Position numbers and translations under genes: made by a program. This document shows positions 17,332-25,560 of a stretch of 40,000 nt of DNA, piece after piece. Each line of letters starts with the position of its first letter. The first letter of the stretch is position 1. The DNA lies in contig NZ_JACEHF010000001.1 of the NCBI RefSeq assembly GCF_014180685.1, positions 97,976 through 137,975 on the forward strand, read 5' to 3'. This DNA comes from Nocardioides pelophilus (lineage in GTDB: Bacteria > Actinomycetota > Actinomycetes > Propionibacteriales > Nocardioidaceae). The notes under the pieces were generated by a model. The model did not search any database. It was not told the origin of the DNA and saw nothing but the letters and a program-made list of their open reading frames with translations.

Positions 17332-19034
17332 GCGGCGACTCCCCTGACGAGGTCGATGAGCGAATGCGGTTTGGCGGGCGGGACGTCGCCACGCCAGGCG
17401 ACGTGCTGGTCCGGGCGGATGAGGACGAGGTCACGCTCGTACAGGGCGCGGGCGTGGGGGTCGCGGACGTCGACGACCTCGAGCGGCAGGCCGACCGCAG
17501 CGGCGGCCTTCTCCAGTGCTGCCGTGTCGTGCTCGGCAAAACAGAGCAAGGTGAACCCCGGGCCGAACAGGTCGAAGATGGCTGTCCCGTCGACGAGCTT
17601 GATGCTCGGCGGCCGCACGCCGGGTGTGGTGGAGGGGACGTAGGCGTCCATCGTCTGCTTCGGCGCCGGGCCGGGCTCGTGGGCGATGATCGGTGAGGTG
17701 TCGTAGCGATAGCCGAGCTCGATGCCCAGTGCCTCGTTCTCGAGGTTTCCGAGGTCGGCGATCTCGCGCCCCAGCCGACGGCGGGTGCGCTCGCCAGACC
17801 AACCTTCGCTGTGCATGTCGCGCCAGTCGGTCGTCATGATCGCGGCCCGCACCAGCGCGTGGCGTGCAGCCGCGTCGCGGTTGCGGACTGCGACGGCGCG
17901 GCGCTCCGCGGCGTACGCCTTCAGCAGGCCCGGTGTGCCCCAGCCCTGGACATTGGCGGCGAGCGCCCAACCGAGGCCGACCGCGTCGCCGACGCCGGTG
18001 TTCATGCCGTAGCCACCGGTCGGCGTGACCTGATGGACCGCGTCCCCGGCGAGCCATAGCCGCCCGGCGCCGAAGGAGTCCGCGACGACGAGGCGCGGCA
18101 CCCACGCGTTGGCGACCTGCACGTCGACGTCGAGGTCGTGACCGAGGCGGTCGCGAACGAACTGCACCGGATCAATCGAGTCGGCATCAACACCGACACC
18201 GAGTGGCGAGTGGAGGGTCCAGATCTCACCGTCGTCCTGGGAGATGAGGGTCCAGCCCTCCGGAGACTGCAGATGCCAGACGTAGCCGAAGCGTCGGTGG
18301 ATCTCGCGGTCGCGGGAGTGGAAGTGAACGAGGTAGAAACGACCGTCGGGCGGTCGGGTGCCGTCGTACCGCACGTTGCGCAGCAGGCTGCCGACCGTTC
18401 GGCGCACCCCCAGTTGCTTGACCGCCAGCCTGCGGAGATCGATCTGGTGCTCACCGATCCCGAGACCGCGACGGATCCGGCTGCCCGCACCGTCGCAGCC
18501 GGCGAGGTACAACGCGCGGACGGTTCGGCGACTGCCCGTGGCCGTCTCGACGAGCTCGGCCGTCACGCCGTCGTCATCCTGGGCGAACGAGTCGAGACCC
18601 CAGCCATACTCGACCCGACCGTGATCGGCACGTGCGACCAGCAAGTCACGCAGCGCGGGCTCGAGGACGACCTGGGAGACCCGCATCGCGGGTTCGAGAG
18701 GCAGCGTGCCGTCGTTGGTGCCCGCGACCAGAGCCCGCGCCTCCTCGACCGACGGGTAGGCGAACGAGGCGAGCTCCCACCCGGCAGCGCCCGTCGCCCA
18801 AGTGACCTTCACCGGGTGATCGCTGGGGACGGCGCGGGCGCGAAGGTCGTCGGCGATACCCAAGCGCCGGAAGAGCTCCATAGAGCGCCCATTGGTGATG
18901 TCCATCTTGGGGTGCTGCGTCGTACCCGCGTTGCGCTCGACGAGCAGGGTCTCGACGCCGTGTCGCTCGAGCTCGTGAGCGAGTGTGAGCCCGACCGGGC
19001 CAGCGCCGGCGATCAGAACTTGAACTCTCTCCAC
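17328..19034 (-). CDS. FAD-dependent aromatic-ring monooxygenase (PheA/TfdB/PcpB-like)
   Basis: 'VQVLIAGAGPVGLTLAHELERHGVETLLVERN' and 'GRLWLAGDAVHQVTPTGGYGMNTGVGDAVGLGWAL'. Start is placed at GTG 19034 so that the 19041-19062 palindrome is intergenic; the track start ATG 19094 is the alternative. Confidence 0.85.
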   Translation of the reverse strand: MERVQVLIAGAGPVGLTLAHELERHGVETLLVERNAGTTQHPKMDITNGRSMELFRRLGIADDLRARAVPSDHPVKVTWATGAAGWELASFAYPSVEEARALVAGTNDGTLPLEPAMRVSQVVLEPALRDLLVARADHGRVEYGWGLDSFAQDDDGVTAELVETATGSRRTVRALYLAGCDGAGSRIRRGLGIGEHQIDLRRLAVKQLGVRRTVGSLLRNVRYDGTRPPDGRFYLVHFHSRDREIHRRFGYVWHLQSPEGWTLISQDDGEIWTLHSPLGVGVDADSIDPVQFVRDRLGHDLDVDVQVANAWVPRLVVADSFGAGRLWLAGDAVHQVTPTGGYGMNTGVGDAVGLGWALAANVQGWGTPGLLKAYAAERRAVAVRNRDAAARHALVRAAIMTTDWRDMHSEGWSGERTRRRLGREIADLGNLENEALGIELGYRYDTSPIIAHEPGPAPKQTMDAYVPSTTPGVRPPSIKLVDGTAIFDLFGPGFTLLCFAEHDTAALEKAAAAVGLPLEVVDVRDPHARALYERDLVLIRPDQHVAWRGDVPPAKPHSLIDLVRGVAA

Positions 19035-19040
19035 ACCACC

Positions 19041-19062
19041 TATTGAACACTTCTGTTCAATA
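19041..19062. promoter_or_regulatory. Perfect 9-4-9 palindrome (TetR operator candidate) between divergent monooxygenase and TetR genes
   Basis: tattgaaca-cttc-tgttcaata. A third half-site-like copy, tgtcaata, lies at 19065-19072. The patch is AT-rich relative to its flanks. Confidence 0.5.
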
Positions 19063-19108
19063 CGTGTCAATAGTGTCTCATCGAGCCGATACATGTCACA
19101 CTCTCAAC

Positions 19109-19705
19109 ATGAGTGCGACCGAACGCCGCATCCGCGCAGCAGCCATCCGGCTGTTCGCGGAGCGCGGCCACGCCGACGTCTCGATCAGCGACCTTGCCGC
19201 CGAGGCGGGCGTGGCCCGCGGCACGCTCTACCGCAACGTCGGATCGATAGATGCGTTGTTCGACCAGGTCCGCGGGGACCTGGCTGTCGAGCTGCACCAA
19301 GCCAACGTCGAAGTGATGGACGCCGCAGGCATCACCGATCCCCCGCTTCGCCTCGCGGTCGGAATGCGAATGCTCGTGCGCGGAGCCCATGCGGATCCCC
19401 CGCTCGGCCAGTTCCTCGCGCGGTTCGCGCTGACCGATGAATCCTTGCGCAGCATGGTCGCGGGGCCGCCCATGGCAGACGTTGCGGCGGGCATCAAGGC
19501 CGGCCGCTACACCGTCACAGCAGGTCGCGACCTCAGCGTCGCCTCGCTGATCATGGGCGCGACGGTCAGCGCGATCTGGATGGTGCTCCAAGGCCACCAG
19601 GCCTGGCGCGACGCCGGCACCGACGCAGCCGAACTGGTGCTGCGCGCACTCGGCGTCGATCCGATCGAAGCCCGCGAGATAGCGACCGAGCCACTGCCCG
19701 AGTGA
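19109..19705 (+). CDS. TetR-family transcriptional regulator
   Basis: 'RRIRAAAIRLFAERGHADVSISDLAAEAGVARGTLYRNVGSIDALF' is a TetR HTH. Start set at ATG 19109 (internal Met of track ORF 19043..19705). Confidence 0.85.
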   Translation: MSATERRIRAAAIRLFAERGHADVSISDLAAEAGVARGTLYRNVGSIDALFDQVRGDLAVELHQANVEVMDAAGITDPPLRLAVGMRMLVRGAHADPPLGQFLARFALTDESLRSMVAGPPMADVAAGIKAGRYTVTAGRDLSVASLIMGATVSAIWMVLQGHQAWRDAGTDAAELVLRALGVDPIEAREIATEPLPE

Positions 19706-20055
19706 CAACTCGTCCGGGCTGCCGATCACAGGCCGAGGTCCCGGCTCTGGTGGTCATCATTGCCTCGGCGGACCGGATCGCCGCACAGACACCTGGGGAC
19801 CTCGCCAATTCACTACATACGGCTCCGACCAGGTTTTCGGGGCATAAACGCGGCATGGATCGAATCTCATTCGCGGCCCCCACGTCAGGTCAACTAGAAC
19901 CACCAACCGTCCGAGGCCGCCGCGAGTGCGGGTTGCGTGTGACGCGAGTGGCGTGCGCGCAACGAAGGGGCTGCCCGTCCCCTGGCATTCACACCACCGC
20001 CTTCACCCCGTCGCCGACGTGGCGACGCGCGCGAGTCTCATCCAGGCGACCGCGT

Positions 20056-21432
20056 CTACACGCTGGCACCACGCAGTGAGTAAAGGGGTTCGATCCCGTA
20101 GGTGCGCGTCACCCGGTACGTCGCCACGTTGCTGGGGTCCAAGATCGCCGCTGGGGGCGCTGCCGGCAAGCCGAGAAGTTCGTCACGAAGCGACGGCGAC
20201 GTTGGCTCGTCCGTGCCGTTCGCGACACCGTCTGAATCGAAGAAGAGCACGAACGTCTGTCTGCCGGTTTGGACACTGGGTAGAACGATCCCGTCCAGGT
20301 CGACTGCAGCGACCCGACGAAGATACTCAGTGACGACTTGCGTGGGCACGTACTCGACGTGCTGGCGACCATCCGGAATCACGGGCGCCGTTATCGCGCT
20401 CACGAAAGATCCCAGGAACGAAAGCATCCGGTACTCCCGACGTCGCCCTTGGTCGAAGGGAGACGGCAGGCGTGGTCGAACCGTGAGGTCAAGGACGGTC
20501 AGATCTCGAGTGGTAATGAAACGTCCGACGACCGCGAGGGGGTCGACGCCGTGCCCTGCAATCTCGGCGACCGCCGTTTCAGGATCGGAGGATCCGTAGA
20601 ACAGCGAGATTCCCTGGGGAGACATGCGGTTGGCCGCCGCCCTACCTCTCGGAGCGGGCCCCAGGGCCTCTGCGGTCGGGGAAATCGCGCCTGGCTTCTC
20701 GCAGAGTCGGCCTCTGAACACTGGCGTCCCTGCGGGCAGCGATCGCACGAGACCGTTCTTCTCGTTGACGTACTCCCGAAGTTTGCGGAGGAAGCGTGAT
20801 GTCGGGTCGTGGCGCGTGTCGTCATCCAGGAAGACGAAACGCGCCTCGTGCTTCACGGTTTCAGCAAACTGCGTCCACTCGTAGTCGAGATCGTCAGTGT
20901 CCGCCGCTGTCCCCCAGGTCGTCCACTCGTTGTCGTCGCCAATCGCACTCGAGACAAGCTCAAGGGCGTCATCGATGACCGCGGGCTCGAACGCGTCAGC
21001 GGCCAACTCGTAGACCGCCTCGCGCGTGTCGAACTGGGGACCAACGTAGACGCCGTCCTCGTTGTCCCATGGCAACTCATCGGACGTCGTGAAGAAGTAC
21101 CGGAAGGATTCGATGAACGTCGCCATGAGAGTCTCGACCGGAACTACAGCTGGCTCGTCCGCCTCTTCGCCACAAAGGCCGCAGACTCCGGGCGTGATTT
21201 CTTCGCGGAGATCGGCTTCGAGTGCGGGATCGATGACATGAGTTAGACAGATCGATCCCTCGACGTCGTCGTAGCCGCGGGCCGCGAGTTCTTCCGCCCA
21301 CCTCTTCGCTAGACCCATGGCGTCATCATGATGCTCATCGAGCCTCGGTTCCCTTCTTGGGCAGGTTGGACGCTTGATAACCGTCGGCTGAAAGTCCCTG
21401 CACTTGGGCGTACCACTCGGGATGTGCGGCAC
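20056..21432 (-). CDS. RES-domain protein with a HEPN/RES-associated N-terminal domain (putative NAD+-targeting effector)
   Basis: C-terminal RES signature in order: 'AANRMSPQGISLFYGSSDPETAVAEI', 'EYVPTQVVTEYL', 'GIVLPSVQ'. The N-terminal acidic region has 'GSICLTHVIDP...GVCGLCGEE'. GTG 21432 lies 11 bp after the pAgo stop; ATG 21318 ('MGLAKRWAEELA') is an alternative start. Confidence 0.75.
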   Translation of the reverse strand: MPHIPSGTPKCRDFQPTVIKRPTCPRREPRLDEHHDDAMGLAKRWAEELAARGYDDVEGSICLTHVIDPALEADLREEITPGVCGLCGEEADEPAVVPVETLMATFIESFRYFFTTSDELPWDNEDGVYVGPQFDTREAVYELAADAFEPAVIDDALELVSSAIGDDNEWTTWGTAADTDDLDYEWTQFAETVKHEARFVFLDDDTRHDPTSRFLRKLREYVNEKNGLVRSLPAGTPVFRGRLCEKPGAISPTAEALGPAPRGRAAANRMSPQGISLFYGSSDPETAVAEIAGHGVDPLAVVGRFITTRDLTVLDLTVRPRLPSPFDQGRRREYRMLSFLGSFVSAITAPVIPDGRQHVEYVPTQVVTEYLRRVAAVDLDGIVLPSVQTGRQTFVLFFDSDGVANGTDEPTSPSLRDELLGLPAAPPAAILDPSNVATYRVTRTYGIEPLYSLRGASV

Positions 21433-21443
21433 TCAACTTCTGT

Positions 21444-22868
21444 CTACATGAAGAGGCGGAACTGGTAGCTGTCATCGGGGAGGTCGGGGACGCGTCCGAT
21501 CATCTTCGCCAGCTTCTGACTGTACGAGATCGTGACCGGTGTGTGGCCGTAAAGAGCGTCGTTGTTCCAGTCGAGCTTTGAGAGGGCGAGGATCTCGGCT
21601 GCGGGCACTTCGAGAGGCCCCTGTCCTGCGTCGCGCTCGAAGGAGATGGGCATTGGCAGTGCCTTCGCGGCCTGGTTGTACTTACCTCCGCGCACTCCAA
21701 CGCCTTGTGCCGTGCCGGATACCCAGAGGAGCGCCTCGTGGTAGGAGAGGTACTGCAGGGAACCTCGATCTACAGGCCAGTCGTGTGGCTCTGCACCCTT
21801 GTTGTCCTTGTGTTCACGGAGGGCGACCCCAGTCCATGGGGTCTGGGAACGCACCTGCAGGCATTCGATTTCGGGCACGGCCGCGCTCCAGGCGTCGAAA
21901 ACGCCGGCGATCTCATCTGGGGTCCAGCGGGTCGTCTTGTGCGCGACAAGACGGGCTGGCATGGCTCCCGCACGACGGCGCTGGTACAGACTCGCGCTGC
22001 GGGTCATGACGGTGTGCATCTCCTCGCGGGTCAGGTGTGGGTTGTCAAGGTCGCGGTCGGCGCCGACGTTGTACGCGATGAACTCGAACCCGCCGCCCTC
22101 GGCGTCGAACACTTGCGAGCAGCAGGTGACGAACTCGTTGGCCGTACCTCCACGGATCGCGTATGCCAGACCGATGTAGGCGGTGTCGGTCGGCGTCGGC
22201 TGGACTATCCGGAAGGGGACGCCCCCGGCCTTGGTCAGCAGCGCGATCGAGAGGCGCCAGTACATCGAGCAGTACAAGGGGAACTGAAGCGCGCCCGCCT
22301 CGCGCACCACTTGGATCGGGCAGGCCAAGGGTGCAGCGGTCGCCTTAAGGCGGTCGTGCAGATCGTAGGAGCCGTCTGGGCTGCGGCGGAGCGGCTCCCA
22401 GGCGCGAGGGAGAAGAAGCACAATCACGTCCCAGCTGTCCCTGATCGATTGCAGCTGCGCAACTGCTCGCGCGATGACTTCGCTGAGCCGTTCGTGAGCG
22501 TCTGAGCCTGTACCCGGGGCGTCCGAGCTCAGGTCGACGTGCGCGGCTCGCTGAGGTAGCAGCTCCGCGCGAACCAGATTGGTGAACCCGGGGAAACGGG
22601 GCACGTAAGCGTGCCGGTCACTGGGCTCGTGTGCCAAAGTGGCACCCCTTAGGAAGGCGTAGAGCATTTCCCGCTGCCCAGTCATGGTGATCGTGGCGAC
22701 GCGCACAACTCCGGTCGGTGGCCCGGCATAGGGGCCGTGTTGAAGCAGCCCGAGCAGCGGGTTCCCGGCCGTTCGCGGCCTCGCAGAATTGTCGAACTTC
22801 AGCAGGGGTTCCGGGAGCCAGGCGTGGGGGGCCCACGGCTGGCCGGGCTGTAGGGCACTAGCACTCAT
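21444..22868 (-). CDS. Short prokaryotic Argonaute (MID + catalytically inactive PIWI)
   Basis: 474 aa. MID 5'-end pocket pattern 'DLHDRLK...PIQVV...LLTKAGGVPF' (HK-type). 'AYIGLAYAIRGG' stands where active Agos have GxDV, so the first catalytic Asp is missing. Argonaute-type C-terminus 'YQFRLFM'. ATGA overlap with the upstream SIR2-APAZ gene. Confidence 0.85.
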   Translation of the reverse strand: MSASALQPGQPWAPHAWLPEPLLKFDNSARPRTAGNPLLGLLQHGPYAGPPTGVVRVATITMTGQREMLYAFLRGATLAHEPSDRHAYVPRFPGFTNLVRAELLPQRAAHVDLSSDAPGTGSDAHERLSEVIARAVAQLQSIRDSWDVIVLLLPRAWEPLRRSPDGSYDLHDRLKATAAPLACPIQVVREAGALQFPLYCSMYWRLSIALLTKAGGVPFRIVQPTPTDTAYIGLAYAIRGGTANEFVTCCSQVFDAEGGGFEFIAYNVGADRDLDNPHLTREEMHTVMTRSASLYQRRRAGAMPARLVAHKTTRWTPDEIAGVFDAWSAAVPEIECLQVRSQTPWTGVALREHKDNKGAEPHDWPVDRGSLQYLSYHEALLWVSGTAQGVGVRGGKYNQAAKALPMPISFERDAGQGPLEVPAAEILALSKLDWNNDALYGHTPVTISYSQKLAKMIGRVPDLPDDSYQFRLFM

Positions 22869-24664
22869 GGTGCTCTCCAGCTGTACGCGGAGGTCGCCCC
22901 GACGCGGAACCCGCCGAACGTCTTCGGATCTGCGGCGTACGGAAGGCGGAGTGACGCTGCTTTACGACCCGGCGCGATTGCCGTGGTCCACGCCTGGATC
23001 AGTTCGGCCCACTTCTCGTTCTTCTTACGCTGCACCCACCGCTCGCGGCGCCACTCCGACGCCGAGTCCGGCTCGTCCTGCTGTTCGTCAGAGCGTTCCC
23101 AGCGATCGACCCAGGTGTACGGCGAGAAGATGAGCCAGGTAAGCCCCCACCGGAATTCCACGTGAAGTCTGACAGCCTCGGCCCACCGCCTTGGCTGGCC
23201 GTCACGGTCGGGCCCGTAGCGGTCAATGAGTCGCCCGGCCACGTGGCCGCCGTAGACGTTCTTGAACATCTGCAGTAGTTCAGTGCGCTCGGGGGTCAGA
23301 TCGTCCCATTCCTCGAGGACCACTTCGTTGTGCCGGCGCGTGATCCTGGGCCAGGCGGGTAGGGCCTTGGCGATGGCTCGGGTCAGTCCGTCGACAAGAA
23401 GCGCGTGTGGGCCAGGCTCCAATACGCCCGACGTGAGATCGAGGTCAACAACTTCGGCGCGGCTCCCGACCAGATCGCTGAACTCCTCGCCGTTGCCCCA
23501 TCCCCAAACGGCACCGCCTGCCATGACCGCGACGCCGCGCCAGTCGGTCTCTCTGCATCGTGCCCGAAACTCCTCGTGGTCGACTCCGGAGATTGTGGCG
23601 CGCAAGGCTGTCGCCGGTGCGGACAGAATGGGGATGGCGTTGTACCGAATGATCGGGTAGTGCTTACCTGTTGCCGTCGGCGGCGCTGCCGCAGTTCGCT
23701 GGGCCCGCGGCTGCAGGCCTGAGACGTACTTGCGTGCCTCGGCAGTCAGATCGGCTTGCTTGGCCAAGTCGACCATCAACTCATCGAACGTCTCCAGTTC
23801 GAGCAGGTGCGCTGACACTCCGAGATCCTGTGCGTCCTGCAGCAGAGAGATAACACGGTTCGATGTGCGGTCACGGTTGCGCGTGAACCACCAGAGCCCG
23901 GCTGGCCAGGCACCGTCGACCTTAGAAGCTGACTCGAGCATCTCCATAACGCTGTCGTCGCGGCCGCTGTACCCGACTACGGCGAGCCCAATGCTCCGGC
24001 TCGCATCGTGAACGGATTGCCGTAAGACCGCGTCCTGGCTGGCGAGCTCGGACTTAAGGTTCTTCAACGCCGACTCTTGAAAGTCACCATGCAGCTTGAT
24101 CAGCGTGGGGTGGGCCGACGGCTTGAGGATCTGTCGTGCCCGGTCGGAACTTCCGAGGGCAGCGACGTTGAGGAGCGTCGGCTTGTTGGCATCGCCCACC
24201 GTGGCGAACGACTCGGCGGCGGCCTGCTCGATCAGCGCGTCGAAGTTGGTGGTGACCGTGATGTTCACCAGGCCCGCACTGATGAGGGCGCCAAAGATGC
24301 GCTGGCCATAACTGGGTTTGCGGCCGGACAGGAGACCCTGAAGGTACTCGTGGCGCGAGGACTCCTCGGGCAGTGCTAGCTCGAATGCCGTGGAGTAGTC
24401 GTCGTCGGTCCCGAACGGGACCATCCCATTGTGGCCGTTGAAGTACGCATCGAGGGCAGCCTGTATGGCTGGGTCGTTGGGATGCAGGTGTTGGCGGACG
24501 AGCCCGTGCCTATCGGCGTAGAGGCGGAGCAGAAGATCGTCGCGGATCTGGCTCGCGGTCGGCAGTCCCGCAAGAGCGCTAGCTCCAGCGCCGAGTAGCC
24601 AAGCAAAGCGCTGGGGCTTTATAGCCCAAGCGCGGATGAAGTTGCCGCGGTCCTCGAGGTTCAC
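22865..24664 (-). CDS. SIR2-APAZ protein (NADase effector partner of short pAgo)
   Basis: SIR2 motifs 'WLLGAGASALAGLPT', 'TVTTNFD', 'LIKLHGDF', 'VVGYSGRD', followed by a ~300-aa C-terminal region in the position of APAZ. 599 aa; GTG start. Confidence 0.85.
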   Translation of the reverse strand: MNLEDRGNFIRAWAIKPQRFAWLLGAGASALAGLPTASQIRDDLLLRLYADRHGLVRQHLHPNDPAIQAALDAYFNGHNGMVPFGTDDDYSTAFELALPEESSRHEYLQGLLSGRKPSYGQRIFGALISAGLVNITVTTNFDALIEQAAAESFATVGDANKPTLLNVAALGSSDRARQILKPSAHPTLIKLHGDFQESALKNLKSELASQDAVLRQSVHDASRSIGLAVVGYSGRDDSVMEMLESASKVDGAWPAGLWWFTRNRDRTSNRVISLLQDAQDLGVSAHLLELETFDELMVDLAKQADLTAEARKYVSGLQPRAQRTAAAPPTATGKHYPIIRYNAIPILSAPATALRATISGVDHEEFRARCRETDWRGVAVMAGGAVWGWGNGEEFSDLVGSRAEVVDLDLTSGVLEPGPHALLVDGLTRAIAKALPAWPRITRRHNEVVLEEWDDLTPERTELLQMFKNVYGGHVAGRLIDRYGPDRDGQPRRWAEAVRLHVEFRWGLTWLIFSPYTWVDRWERSDEQQDEPDSASEWRRERWVQRKKNEKWAELIQAWTTAIAPGRKAASLRLPYAADPKTFGGFRVGATSAYSWRAP

Positions 24665-24770
24665 CTTCCATCCCTCAGTAGTGCGATGAAGGGTCGCTCT
24701 GCCGGGATCCTCCAGGTGAGTTCCCTGCTGCCGCGGAAGTGGCGGATCTCGAGTCGCCGGCGGTCCACGG

Positions 24771-25556
24771 TCAACCGATGTTGGTGCAGGTCACTGCAGC
24801 GACTGCGTCGTGGCTATGGATGCTCTCGAAGTTCCGAACCCGCACCTCGTGCGCGACTCCAAGCGCACGGCATGCCTGAGAAAGATCGCGCGCCATGTCC
24901 TCAACGAATGCCGGGTTGTCGTGCGCATTCATCGTGACGACACGCTCGTCGACGCGCTTGATGATCGGAAAGACCGGAGTTGACCCAACGTCGCGGATCA
25001 TGTCGAACTGACGATGAACCGGCAGCGGATACACGTCGTCGGACATCCCCAAGACGGTGAGGCTCACTCGACTGCGCTGATTGTGAGCGCCGTAGTCGCT
25101 GATCGCCTTGCTGCACGGACAAAGACTCGTGACGTCGGTCTCCGTTGTCGTGCGCGCCACGACGGCGTCGTCGTTCAGCGCGGCATGAATCGAGACGTCG
25201 CTGGCTTGCCATGCCTCGATGCCGGACGCGGGCGAGACGACCTCGAATGCAATCGGCAGTGACACGGCCAGCCGCACACCGTCGACGTCCAATCGGTCGG
25301 CAGCTGCCTTGAGGGTGGTGGGCAGTTCCCGCGGGTCGAAGTCACGGAGGTGCTCGTGTACGAGTTCGAGCATCCGGCTCATGTGCGTGCCGCGGCGATT
25401 AGCGGGGAGTCGAACCGTCACATCAACGGATGCAACCCCGCTCTGCAGTGTCGTTCCGTCGCTGAACCGGACTGGGTATCGCACTCCAGCGACTCCAACC
25501 TCGTCGAGTTCGATCCCTCGACGGTCAGCCTGGTCCTGAATGTCAGGCAGCTGCAT
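24771..25556 (-). CDS. folE2: GTP cyclohydrolase IB (FolE2)
   Basis: 'NRRGTHMSRMLELV', 'TSLCPCSKAISDYGAHNQRS', 'FESIHSHDAVA' are FolE2 hallmark blocks. Start at the internal ATG 25554-25556. Confidence 0.9.
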   Translation of the reverse strand: MQLPDIQDQADRRGIELDEVGVAGVRYPVRFSDGTTLQSGVASVDVTVRLPANRRGTHMSRMLELVHEHLRDFDPRELPTTLKAAADRLDVDGVRLAVSLPIAFEVVSPASGIEAWQASDVSIHAALNDDAVVARTTTETDVTSLCPCSKAISDYGAHNQRSRVSLTVLGMSDDVYPLPVHRQFDMIRDVGSTPVFPIIKRVDERVVTMNAHDNPAFVEDMARDLSQACRALGVAHEVRVRNFESIHSHDAVAAVTCTNIG

Positions 25557-25560
25557 TCGC

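Noticed and set aside
20085-20097. tRNA T-loop-like string ggggttcgatccc near the island boundary, considered as a possible tRNA 3' fragment or att remnant.
   Set aside because: It lies inside the RES coding frame (encodes GIEPL on the minus strand). The flanking bases do not form a T-stem or acceptor stem, and no 5' tRNA half or matching direct repeat is visible in the window.
20056-21432. Interpreting the RES gene as a canonical Xre-RES toxin-antitoxin pair.
   Set aside because: No small Xre/HTH antitoxin ORF is adjacent on either side. The protein is much longer than TA-type RES toxins and carries an N-terminal accessory domain.
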